From Candidatus Woesearchaeota archaeon (GTDB taxonomy: Archaea > Nanobdellota > Nanobdellia > Pacearchaeales > GW2011-AR1), in the NCBI GenBank assembly GCA_964366325.1, contig CAYITD010000001.1, positions 119,634-183,633 of the forward strand: 64,000 nt of DNA. The letters run 5' to 3'. This document shows, in pieces, positions 46,217-55,234 of this stretch. Position 1 is the stretch's first letter, and each line of letters begins with the position of its first letter. The notes below the pieces were generated by a model. That model saw nothing but the letters and a program-made list of their open reading frames with translations. It was not told where the DNA came from and searched no databases. The position numbers and the translations under genes were made by a program.

Positions 46217-46725
46217 AGCTTTCTCACAATTCTAACAACACTATCATTAACCTCTTTATTTAGCTTGATTTTTTCGAGGTCACTAGTAGAGACACAGAAA
46301 AATCCTCCAATTAAAGAATGCTTTAAATCAAGGGAATAAAGATTTCCATCACAAGCAGCTTCAGGTGGATACAGAAAAAGATTTTCACTTGTTTCAAAAG
46401 CATAATCTTCAATCTTAATTTTTATCGGGCTGTCCACACTATTCGCAGGCAAATCAATGCTGCCAAAACAAACATTTTTTATTTTAGATGGAAGTTTATA
46501 CTCAAATTCTTTCAAGTCATCCTTGCATATTCCAGAATTCCAACACTCATCAACTTTTTCTTGAACCGATTTATAAAAATTTCCTATCTCTGTGCATTGA
46601 CTTAGCTCTAAAAAATGTTGTATCACAAAAAAACCAATTCCAATTATAGCTATGATCAAAATTATTGAAAAAATAACTCCATAAGACATCCCAAAAACTT
46701 CCTGCCCTCTTTTTGTCTTAATCAT
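46213..46725 (-). CDS. Pilin-like protein with class III signal peptide
   Basis: KRG|QEVFGMSYGVIFSIILII. Confidence 0.75.
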   Translation of the reverse strand: MIKTKRGQEVFGMSYGVIFSIILIIAIIGIGFFVIQHFLELSQCTEIGNFYKSVQEKVDECWNSGICKDDLKEFEYKLPSKIKNVCFGSIDLPANSVDSPIKIKIEDYAFETSENLFLYPPEAACDGNLYSLDLKHSLIGGFFCVSTSDLEKIKLNKEVNDSVVRIVRKL

Positions 46726-46997
46726 TTTTTATTCAATCCTTTAAGAGTTCCAGATACTCTTTTTATTTTAATATTCTTATTTGAAAGCTCAACAGCCGCT
46801 CTAACATTTTCAAGTTCTTTTCTATTTATTGATAAGATTGTCTTACTCTCTTTTTCAATAAAAAAAACATTTGCTTTAGCCACACCAAGAATCCCTAAAT
46901 ATTCTATAAGGAAGCTTTCAATTTCTTTTTTTGTTTCATTTTCAAATAAAAGATATCTTCTGTTTATTCGATTAGAGGAGTTTATTTTTAGAGCCAT
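46722..46997 (-). CDS. Ribonuclease P protein Pop5/Rpp14-like
   Basis: RRYLLFE, YLGILG, VRAAV, VSGTLK. Confidence 0.75.
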   Translation of the reverse strand: MALKINSSNRINRRYLLFENETKKEIESFLIEYLGILGVAKANVFFIEKESKTILSINRKELENVRAAVELSNKNIKIKRVSGTLKGLNKK

Positions 46998-47887
46998 TAA
47001 GGTATTATTGTCTGGTTTGCCACATTATTAATAGTTTCTTTTACAGAACTACTCTTAAGAGAAAATCCAAGGCTTTCAGCACCTCCTATTTTAAAATTAT
47101 TAATACCTACTACTTTTCCTTGAATGTCTATTAAAGGTCCGCCAGAATTTCCAGGGTTCAAAGAAACGTCAGTTTGTATATATTCTCTTAATCCACTTGG
47201 TCCCAATCTATCAATGGCTGAGATTATGCCTTCCGTAACACTATACGACAAACCTAAAGGGTTGCCTATTGCAATTACTTTCTTTCCTACTTGTATATCT
47301 TCATCTTCTGCAAGTTCTATTGCCCTATAGTTTCCGTCTATTTTCAAAAGAGCAAGGTCTTTTTTCTCATTCTTACCAATTAGTTCGGCAAGCAATATAG
47401 TTTTATCATAAGTTATAACTTTTATGTTCTTTTCATTTGTAGAAATAACATGATAGTTTGTAACAATATACCCTTCAGAATTAACAATGAAGCCAGAGCC
47501 TAAAGAGTTATCAGAAGTTACACTAACAACGCTTTTTACAACATCTTCAACAATTCCAGAAAAATCATTTTGTGTAGACTTTATCAATTTAATCTCTCTG
47601 TTAAAATTCTTCTCTGCATCAGTTAGAGAAAGAGAAATATCTTTAAAATTTTCTTGATATAGATCATTATAGCTTCCAACTAATTTAGTCGTAAACTCTT
47701 TAGAATCTATTTCAACTTTATTTATCCCAGAATCTATTTTCATATTTAGTCTGGAAATTTGAAGATTCAACAAAACAAATGAAGTGATTTGAAGTATAGC
47801 TAAAAAAACAACCAGCAAATACAAAGCGTTCCTGTGTTTTCTATGAGAATCAACAAAACCACCATTATAATTATTCATCCTCACCAT
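46997..47887 (-). CDS. HtrA-like trypsin serine protease, membrane-anchored, no PDZ
   Basis: GSGFIV, TNYHV, DLALLK, AIGNPLG, LNPGNSGGPL. Confidence 0.92.
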   Translation of the reverse strand: MVRMNNYNGGFVDSHRKHRNALYLLVVFLAILQITSFVLLNLQISRLNMKIDSGINKVEIDSKEFTTKLVGSYNDLYQENFKDISLSLTDAEKNFNREIKLIKSTQNDFSGIVEDVVKSVVSVTSDNSLGSGFIVNSEGYIVTNYHVISTNEKNIKVITYDKTILLAELIGKNEKKDLALLKIDGNYRAIELAEDEDIQVGKKVIAIGNPLGLSYSVTEGIISAIDRLGPSGLREYIQTDVSLNPGNSGGPLIDIQGKVVGINNFKIGGAESLGFSLKSSSVKETINNVANQTIIP

Positions 47888-48007
47888 GTGAAAAAAAGAA
47901 AAGCTAGATATTTATAGTTTGCTAAAGAGAATTTTAAGTTAGTCATTTTCTAAAATATCTAGCTAAACATTTAAATAAACCGAACTTCTCTTTTTAAAGT
48001 AAAAAAG

Positions 48008-48829
48008 ATGGAATCGATAGATAAGTTGAAATCAGAGTTGAAAATAAGAGGTTTTTCACCTTTAACTGTTAGAAACTACACTTTCTTTGTAGAAAAATTT
48101 ATGCAAAGGATAAACAAATCTCCTCTTGATCTAAATGAAGACGATGTTAAAATTTACCTCTCAGAAATGTTCGATACAAAGTCAAAAAACACTATCATGC
48201 TTGCCGCTGCATCATTAAAGTTCTTTTTCTTAGAGGTTTTAAAAAAAGATTTTAAAAATATTCCTCTTCCAAAAAAAGAGAAAAAGCTTCCAGAAATTTT
48301 ATCTAAAGAAGAAATAATAAACCTAATAAATTCTACAGATACAATAAAATCTCGTTTAATGATTTCTTTTCTTTATTCAACAGGTCTTCGTGTTTCTGAA
48401 ATTGTTAAATTAAAAATCGAAGATCTTAATCTTAATGAAAATACTGGTTGGGTTAGAAAAGGAAAAGGCTCAAAAGATCGTATCTTTGTTTTTTCAAAAG
48501 GTCTCGGGGATGAAATAAAGGAATACATAGAAATGAGAGGAAAAGAAAATCTCTATGTTTTTTCAAAAGAAAAACCCCTGACAACAAGGAACATCCAGAA
48601 AATAATCTCTGGGACGAGAAAAAGAGCAGGAATAACAAAAAGAGTTACACCTCACACTTTAAGGCACTCATTTGCGACCCATTTATTAGAAAATGGAACA
48701 GATATACGAACAATCCAGGCAATCCTAGGCCACGCCTCCCTAAACACAACGCAAGTTTACACTCACATCTCCAGTGACCAAATCAAAAAAGTAAAAAATC
48801 CTTTTGATGGCCTTTATCCCACAATATAA
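48008..48829 (+). CDS. xerA: Tyrosine recombinase (XerA-like)
   Basis: TGLRVSE, GKGSKDR, HTLRHSFATH, LGH, TTQVY: complete R-K-H-R-H-Y set. Confidence 0.85.
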   Translation: MESIDKLKSELKIRGFSPLTVRNYTFFVEKFMQRINKSPLDLNEDDVKIYLSEMFDTKSKNTIMLAAASLKFFFLEVLKKDFKNIPLPKKEKKLPEILSKEEIINLINSTDTIKSRLMISFLYSTGLRVSEIVKLKIEDLNLNENTGWVRKGKGSKDRIFVFSKGLGDEIKEYIEMRGKENLYVFSKEKPLTTRNIQKIISGTRKRAGITKRVTPHTLRHSFATHLLENGTDIRTIQAILGHASLNTTQVYTHISSDQIKKVKNPFDGLYPTI

Positions 48830-48880
48830 TTTTCTCATTTTAATAGGAAAATTTATAATCAATTTTATCTTAATCCATTT

Positions 48881-49408
48881 ATGAGATGTTTTTTTGGAAT
48901 AAATCTAAATAATTATAGCGAGCTTCTTGGTAAAATAACTTTACCAAAAGATCCAGAGATGTCAAAAGCCAAAGAATACCACATAACTTTAATATTTTAT
49001 TCAGATTTATCTGATAGTCTTGTTAAAACGTTTAAAGAAAAACTAAAGGGCTTTTCTTTTCCTAAATTTAAGCTAGAAGGAGATAAAATAGTTGCTTTTC
49101 CTAATAAAAACAAGCCAGAACTTTACGCCTTAGGCTTTAGAGATAAGTCTAACTTGGATGAATTATACAAAAGAATTAAAGACATAACTGGATTAGAAAG
49201 TAATGATAAGTTCAACCCGCATATAACTCTTCTCAGAAGAGAGAAATTATCTCCTGATTTTAAAAAGTCTAAAGAAGAATATTCTAATATTGAGTCCATA
49301 AATCTTAAAATTGATAGTTTTGGATTATACAAAAGCGAACCAGACAGAGGTATGAATTCTTATACGCCTCTTTTCATGGTTAAGTTAAGTTTGTTTCCTA
49401 TTCCTTAG
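48881..49408 (+). CDS. thpR: 2H phosphoesterase (RNA 2',3'-cyclic phosphodiesterase, ThpR-like)
   Basis: MRCFFGI, two HITL motifs, LYKS...YT. Confidence 0.8.
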   Translation: MRCFFGINLNNYSELLGKITLPKDPEMSKAKEYHITLIFYSDLSDSLVKTFKEKLKGFSFPKFKLEGDKIVAFPNKNKPELYALGFRDKSNLDELYKRIKDITGLESNDKFNPHITLLRREKLSPDFKKSKEEYSNIESINLKIDSFGLYKSEPDRGMNSYTPLFMVKLSLFPIP

Positions 49409-49800
49409 GGTTCTATTCTTCTAATTTCTTCGACTTTATCGAAATGAGCATCAAAACTCAATAACTCTTTATTGTTAGTTGATATTGCAGATTGTAAAGT
49501 TATCGCATCTTCATAATCTAAATTATATTTTTCAATCAATTTTAGCGCATTTAGTCTATCTTTAAAATTTATTTGATAAATTGTAAGACCTTGATATGAT
49601 AAAAGACTTTTGATAAATAGTTCAATTGAAGATAAATCTGTTTTATTTCTATTCATTATAATAATTATGGAGTCTATTGTGAAATTCGTTATAATTGCTT
49701 TAGTTTTTCCTTTTCTAATATCTTCCAATATTTTTTTACAAGAACTAGCTTTTTCCTGATCTAGAAGAACCTCAAGAAAAATGTTTGCGTCTATTAACAT
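49405..49800 (-). CDS. VapC-like PIN toxin
   Basis: LIDANIFLE, LDYEDA, SFDAHFD; overlaps the upstream antitoxin-like gene. Confidence 0.85.
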   Translation of the reverse strand: MLIDANIFLEVLLDQEKASSCKKILEDIRKGKTKAIITNFTIDSIIIIMNRNKTDLSSIELFIKSLLSYQGLTIYQINFKDRLNALKLIEKYNLDYEDAITLQSAISTNNKELLSFDAHFDKVEEIRRIEP

Positions 49801-50053
49801 ATTTTTCTCCCAAAATATTTCCAGTTTCATGTTGCAACTCAACAGAATTTTTTTTCACATGTTTCATTAAACCAGCAATAGCATTCACAGGATCATCTAA
49901 CTTTTCTTCTTCAATTGAAGAAAAAGTCCAATTATTAATGGCCTCTTCTGCAGCCATACTAAAAGCTCCTTTACGATATCCAAATCTTTTCATAGCTATT
50001 TTTCTAAATATCTCTTCTACGCCATCAGTTATACTTATTTTCATTTCACCCAT
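49772..50053 (-). CDS. VapB-like (RHH) antitoxin
   Basis: Small protein KISITDGVEEIFR...SMAAEEAI upstream of and overlapping the PIN gene. Confidence 0.7.
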   Translation of the reverse strand: MGEMKISITDGVEEIFRKIAMKRFGYRKGAFSMAAEEAINNWTFSSIEEEKLDDPVNAIAGLMKHVKKNSVELQHETGNILGEKYVNRRKHFS

Positions 50054-50153
50054 AGGTACTTATGGGAGAAAGTAATATATAAATGTTTCTCCAAATTATA
50101 AATTTAGCATAACAGAAAAGCTTTTATAGCGTCAAAATAGGGAATCTTCCCAG

Positions 50154-50299
50154 AAAAGTTCGTTTATTTCCGTTTGGATCTAATACGCCGATGCAAACAT
50201 CGGCCAAACGGTAATTAGAGATTGTCAGTCATAAAGCGAAAAAATTCGCGAATACTTCAGCAGCTTGCTGTGGTTGAGTAGAGAACTTTTAGACAATCT
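50154..50299 (+). ncRNA. Structured element / candidate leader RNA, copy B of the repeat family
   Basis: Stems 50170-50177/50204-50211, 50188-50193/50198-50203, 50219-50226/50292-50299 and 50154-50161/50283-50290; GAAAAG-CTTTTATA promoter at 50115-50128. Confidence 0.55.
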
Positions 50300-50318
50300 A
50301 TTTATTTTCTGACTTTCA

Positions 50319-50903
50319 ATGAAATACACAATCTGCCTAGACCAAGTAGTCCGTAGTAAATTTGGAGATAGAACTAGCGGAGCTACTGCTTATTTTGATG
50401 CAAATGCTCTCAAATTTAGATATTCTCCTGCGAAAAGAGTGAAGACTTACGTAACGCATGGAGTTATGGGTGAATTGTCTAGATTTCCTGAAGTTTTCCC
50501 TCAAGATTCTATTAATCAACTTATGGGACTATTAGGTACAAAAACTGTATCTGAATTTGTCCCAATAGAAGATGAGTATATGATTTCAAAAGTAGCTCTT
50601 GAATGTTCTACAAAAGAAAGACAACAAAGAGGACAGATAGGTTGGGTCGACTTACAACAGATAGGTTTAGCACTAGATCATGCTAGAAAAGGTGAAAAAA
50701 CCATTATAATCTCAAGCGATTCTGATATCCTGAGAACAGTCAAAGGATTGGGTAAAAGACTACATTATGCAGCCTGTGGTCTAAGAGCTTTTTCAGTTAG
50801 AAGATATATAGAATCACAGCATGCCCAAGAATTTCAAGGTCTAGGTGGAGAAGAGAGAATAGCTAGATTCAAAGAAATTGAAATGCAGTATAAGGCTGCT
50901 TAA
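50319..50903 (+). CDS. Divergent PIN-like protein
   Basis: ICLD, VTHGVMGEL, GWVD, IISSDSDI acidic pattern. Confidence 0.5.
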   Translation: MKYTICLDQVVRSKFGDRTSGATAYFDANALKFRYSPAKRVKTYVTHGVMGELSRFPEVFPQDSINQLMGLLGTKTVSEFVPIEDEYMISKVALECSTKERQQRGQIGWVDLQQIGLALDHARKGEKTIIISSDSDILRTVKGLGKRLHYAACGLRAFSVRRYIESQHAQEFQGLGGEERIARFKEIEMQYKAA

Positions 50904-50977
50904 TTTAGGATTTATACATTATAACTTTCTTGATAATTCTTCAATCTCAATTTAGCTAAACAGAACCAGTAAATAAA

Positions 50978-51403
50978 TCATCTAAACGACTTCTGTCTCT
51001 TTGCTCTTGCTTTAGAATCCCCAGGTTTCCTTGTTTCCTTTCTTCTGAAATCTGGAACTATCATGTTTCTATCGTACTTAATGAAAGCCTTTTTTAAAAC
51101 ATCCGAACCTGTTATGCCTAAAAGAGCTCTAGCAATTGCAAGTCTTGCGGACTGAATTTGAGCTTCTTTTCCTCCTCCAGAAGTTTTGATGTAAAAATCA
51201 TATTTCAATTCCTCTTCCAACTCCTGAACATAAATTCTCAAAGGTTCAGTTAAAGCTAATCTGTGAAACAACCCAAGCTCATTATGATCTAAATGATTAA
51301 AGAAAACTTTACCACTTCCAGGCTTTACTCTAAGTTTAGACACTGCAGTCTTTCTTTTTCCCGTAAATATCATTTTTTCAAAATTTTTAACATTCTTAGT
51401 CAT
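50978..51403 (-). CDS. rpsI: 30S ribosomal protein S9 (uS9)
   Basis: TGKRKTA, GGG..AQ, ARAKRQKSFR. Confidence 0.96.
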   Translation of the reverse strand: MTKNVKNFEKMIFTGKRKTAVSKLRVKPGSGKVFFNHLDHNELGLFHRLALTEPLRIYVQELEEELKYDFYIKTSGGGKEAQIQSARLAIARALLGITGSDVLKKAFIKYDRNMIVPDFRRKETRKPGDSKARAKRQKSFR

Positions 51404-51404
51404 T

Positions 51405-51809
51405 TTATATCTCCTTGCTTAGATCTAACAAACTAAATGTTGGACCTCTAGCTTCTTTTTTGAACGAAATCTTTTCAGAATTTTCAAACTCTTTAGGAGT
51501 CTTATTATGACAAATGACATTTTCCAAGGCAACTCTGCCTCTCTGTTGTTTATATGGAAGCATGCCTCTAACTGCTCTTTTCATTACTCTAAAAGGTTCT
51601 CTAGGAAAGTTAGGGCCATTTAAGCTTGATCCTCCTCGAACTCTTGCAATTTTATATTCTTCAATTATCATTCTTCTCCCACCCATCAACAACGCTTCGT
51701 TACAGTTTAATATAATTATTTTATTACCTAAAAGAGCTTTTTTAGCGGCATTGCTGGCTATTCTTCCCAAGATCCCTCCAGATGCATCGATTACGATAGT
51801 TTTATTCAT
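51405..51809 (-). CDS. rplM: 50S ribosomal protein L13 (uL13)
   Basis: IDA...LGRIAS, VRGMLPYK..RGR. Confidence 0.96.
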   Translation of the reverse strand: MNKTIVIDASGGILGRIASNAAKKALLGNKIIILNCNEALLMGGRRMIIEEYKIARVRGGSSLNGPNFPREPFRVMKRAVRGMLPYKQQRGRVALENVICHNKTPKEFENSEKISFKKEARGPTFSLLDLSKEI

Positions 51810-52201
51810 TTTAACAATTTTATCCCTTCCGCTTTTGGATTTTTCTTTATCTCTTCAAAAAGATTCAAAAATTCTGATTTTGTTTTTCCAAGCTTCTCTC
51901 TAGCAGATTCCGATATGCTAAGTGCACAGATTCTTATTTTTTTCGTAAGTTCTCCTTTTGACAAAACTTTTCCGATTATTACTGCCGTATCTCCATCCTT
52001 CGTTTCTGCATCAATCTGAAAAAGGTTCAAGCTGGTTTGTTTCCTTGTAGACGAAGAAAGGATTTTAGCAACTTCACGCCACTCTGGTTTTCTCATGGCT
52101 TCAAGGCAAACTTCCTTCATAGCTGGACTAGTCTTCCTTCTAGTTCTCCATCTGAGTTTAGTCTTGCTCATCTCAGCTATTCTGTTCTGCTTCTTCTTCA
52201 T
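51806..52201 (-). CDS. rpl18e: 50S ribosomal protein L18e
   Basis: W..VAK.L, LNL..I, GKVLSKG, S.SAREK; uL13/uS9 synteny. Confidence 0.9.
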   Translation of the reverse strand: MKKKQNRIAEMSKTKLRWRTRRKTSPAMKEVCLEAMRKPEWREVAKILSSSTRKQTSLNLFQIDAETKDGDTAVIIGKVLSKGELTKKIRICALSISESAREKLGKTKSEFLNLFEEIKKNPKAEGIKLLK

Positions 52202-52276
52202 TTTTATATTGAAAATGAAAGCTATTTAAACCTATCCAATAAAAGCATTTTTATACTCTAATACACATTAATATTC

Positions 52277-52498
52277 ATGAAGAAAATCAGAGTAAACATT
52301 ACAGTAGACAAAGAACTTTTAGAAAAAGCAAAATCCAAGCTAAACCTTTTCGGGGGCAAGTTAAGTACACTGTTTAATCTATATTTAAAAGAGTTTGTTA
52401 ATTCAATTGAAGAAAAGCCAGAAAGAAAAAGCCTAAACGACAAAATAAAGGGACTAGAGCATAGAATAAAAAAGTTAGAGAACAGACCTTCGAACTAG
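52277..52498 (+). CDS. Small RHH/CcdA-like DNA-binding protein
   Basis: RVNITVDKELLEKAK...LSTLF. Confidence 0.65.
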   Translation: MKKIRVNITVDKELLEKAKSKLNLFGGKLSTLFNLYLKEFVNSIEEKPERKSLNDKIKGLEHRIKKLENRPSN

Positions 52499-52959
52499 CA
52501 CATTCTTATTTTTCTGCTGCTTATCAAACATTTTTCAGCATAAATTTCAAGACTATCTAAATTCAAACTATCGGAGAAAGAAAAATAATAATTTTTTGTT
52601 TCCTCAATATTTGGGAGAATACAATTTCCGCACAAATCTCCACATTGCCATTTTTTCATTTCACCATTAGAAGTACTAACAACAAAATCCACACCTGACA
52701 AATCATAATTTCCAAGTTTTCTTTTCATCTTTACTTCAATCTCCTTTGTGTTTTGATTGTAGCAGGCATCTTTCAGTTCAAAAGGTGATCTTCCTTGCAT
52801 TTCTAAACAACTTATTTCTGGAGAAAGTTGGGCGCCTGCCTTATTTATAGTTCCCAATACACTAACATAAACCATGGAGGCAGCAACTACAGTTAAAAGA
52901 ATTAAAGTAGAAACAGCAACAACATCTGAAATTCCTTTTCTATTCAATAAATTACGCAT
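52495..52959 (-). CDS. Pilin-like protein with class III signal peptide
   Basis: RKG|ISDVVAVSTLILLTVVAA. Confidence 0.75.
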   Translation of the reverse strand: MRNLLNRKGISDVVAVSTLILLTVVAASMVYVSVLGTINKAGAQLSPEISCLEMQGRSPFELKDACYNQNTKEIEVKMKRKLGNYDLSGVDFVVSTSNGEMKKWQCGDLCGNCILPNIEETKNYYFSFSDSLNLDSLEIYAEKCLISSRKIRMC

Positions 52960-54068
52960 GCTCTACCTCCTAAATCTTTAATGTCAATTCTAGTTTTCTT
53001 ATCATAATGTTCTATTTCTATTTCCGAAGCATCTTCCAATATAGGTGATTTTATGATAAACTTATTGTTTCCAGAAATAGTTTCTCCATCTATTCCTTCA
53101 TCAGCAGGAGCATCGGTAAATATCAGTTCAGGATTAAAATTATCTTTTATCATAGCTTCTCCCTTTGTATCAATTAAATTTATTCCGAAAGACCCATATC
53201 CATTACCACCAACACAACCAGTTTCAATATTTTTATCAAGAAATTTAACTTCATTATTTTCAGCGTTATATTCACCTTCTATTGCGTAGTATTTTTCTTC
53301 TTCACACTTTCTGGAGTCTTTTACAACATTCCCAGTTATAGTTTTTACATTTTCAGAATATTCCTCATCTATTCTTTTTTGAACAAAATTTTTATTAAAT
53401 ATGCCATAATCATCTGTAGATAAAGTCCTCATGACTCCGTCTTCAATAGATCTCTTATATTCTGCGTCAGAACAGCCTTCATAACATCCATTTTTTTCTC
53501 CGCTAAAATCCTCACACGAAGCAACACAATTAGTTGTGCCTCTTGGCAATTTAGCAGGCACATATTCTTCAGCAAAGTTAGCAAAGGAATGTCCAAATTC
53601 ATGTGTTAAAACGCTTAGAGGATGAACAGAGTTTATGCTCATAACATTAGTATAGGAAGAGCTTCTTACATTTGCATCTTCTTTCTTAACAACAAGAATA
53701 TAATCATTTGGGCAGGAAGAAGCTTTTTTTATTAGATCATTCGAATAACACAAAAGAGCTATGCCTTTGTAAATCTCACATTTTGGTTCGTAATCAGATA
53801 TGTAATATATATTGAACTTTTCTTTTTGGTTTTTAAATGGATCAACACTAAGCAGATGTTCAGAATATTGTTTAGCCTCTCTTTCCGTTGAAAAGAAAAC
53901 TAAGTTAATTGCACCTTCACCATTAAAAACAAGAGTTTTACAGCTTTCTAAATTCTTTGGAGAATTACTTAAATCACTGCCTTGGTAGTTAACCAAATAT
54001 AGTGCGAGAGAAACAACAGAAATAGCAAATAATGGGACTGCTATTACTAGAAAAAACTTATTATTCAT
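52944..54068 (-). CDS. Membrane-anchored zinc metallopeptidase (M64-like)
   Basis: N-terminal TM; THEFGHSFANFAEEY; YEGC, VMR. Confidence 0.75.
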   Translation of the reverse strand: MNNKFFLVIAVPLFAISVVSLALYLVNYQGSDLSNSPKNLESCKTLVFNGEGAINLVFFSTEREAKQYSEHLLSVDPFKNQKEKFNIYYISDYEPKCEIYKGIALLCYSNDLIKKASSCPNDYILVVKKEDANVRSSSYTNVMSINSVHPLSVLTHEFGHSFANFAEEYVPAKLPRGTTNCVASCEDFSGEKNGCYEGCSDAEYKRSIEDGVMRTLSTDDYGIFNKNFVQKRIDEEYSENVKTITGNVVKDSRKCEEEKYYAIEGEYNAENNEVKFLDKNIETGCVGGNGYGSFGINLIDTKGEAMIKDNFNPELIFTDAPADEGIDGETISGNNKFIIKSPILEDASEIEIEHYDKKTRIDIKDLGGRACVIY

Positions 54069-54114
54069 AAAAGAAATACAACTAAGAGGTTTAATAAGAT
54101 TACGCTAAATTTCT

Positions 54115-55119
54115 TTAAGCAACAACACTTTCCTTATCTAACCCGTTTTTCTTAAATCCTAATATATTTTCAACAGTTTTTTTTATTATTTTTTCTAATG
54201 CTTCCTTGCTATAGAAAGCAATATGCGGTGTAAAGACAACATTATCTCTTCTTAGCAATTCATGGTCTTTTGCCAAAAGCTCTAAATCCTTTCTATTTTT
54301 CTCATGGTGTAAAATTTCTCTTTCTTCTCTTATCAAATTTTCACCTTCAATAACATCCAAACCAACACCCGAAACAATTTTCTTATCTAGAGCATTCAAC
54401 AAAGCAGAACTGTCTATTAATGGACCACGTGCAGTGTTTATTAAAATTACACCTTTTTTCATTTTCTCAAAAGAAGAGGCATCTATCATATGATGGTTTT
54501 CTTTAGAGTAGGGAACATGCAAACTAATAACATCAGATTTCTTTAAGACCTCAACCAGAGAGGCATACTTAAATCCAAGTTGTTCAGCCAAAAAATCATC
54601 TTCATGTCTATCGTTAACCAATACATTCATTTCAAATCCTCTGGCAATTCTTATAACATGTTTTCCTATTTTTCCAGCCCCTATAACTCCCAACGTTTTC
54701 CCCTGTAAATCAAAACCCATAAGGCCATCAATGCAAAAATCATTTGCCAATTTCCTCAAATATGACTGGTGGACTTTCCTTGATAGAGCGAGCAACAAGG
54801 CAAATGCGTGCTCTGCAACAGTATTCTCACCATACGTCGGGACAACACAAACTTTTATTTTCTTTTTTTTACACTCTTTAACATCTATATGATCATAACC
54901 CATAGATCTTGTAGTAATCAACTTAACTTTTTTTAATTTATCAATAATTTTCTTATTAATTTTAGAGTATATAAAAACAGAAATAATCTCCGCATCCTTA
55001 GCTCTATCTAAATTATCTAAATTGAGTGGCTCAGAAAAAATCTTAACATCATGTCCTTTCAGCTTACTTTTTATCTCGCTTATTTCCCATCCCTGAATTT
55101 CAAAAAATACTATCTTCAC
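54115..55119 (-). CDS. D-2-hydroxyacid (D-lactate-type) dehydrogenase
   Basis: TRSMGYDHID, VAEH, GVIGAGKIG, INTARG, LDVIE, TPHIAF. Confidence 0.92.
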   Translation of the reverse strand: MKIVFFEIQGWEISEIKSKLKGHDVKIFSEPLNLDNLDRAKDAEIISVFIYSKINKKIIDKLKKVKLITTRSMGYDHIDVKECKKKKIKVCVVPTYGENTVAEHAFALLLALSRKVHQSYLRKLANDFCIDGLMGFDLQGKTLGVIGAGKIGKHVIRIARGFEMNVLVNDRHEDDFLAEQLGFKYASLVEVLKKSDVISLHVPYSKENHHMIDASSFEKMKKGVILINTARGPLIDSSALLNALDKKIVSGVGLDVIEGENLIREEREILHHEKNRKDLELLAKDHELLRRDNVVFTPHIAFYSKEALEKIIKKTVENILGFKKNGLDKESVVA

Positions 55120-55234
55120 TTTTCACCTCAAAATAGCAAGTAAAAATCAATATATAAATTATGCGGATTTTCAAACCTAGAATTCAAAAATCATAACATC
55201 ATAAATTAAAAAGGCATATAAATCCCATTTATTT

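Noticed and set aside
48008..50053. Integron or provirus around the tyrosine recombinase
   Set aside because: No integron-integrase insertion region, attC-like repeats or viral genes; more consistent with a housekeeping XerA.
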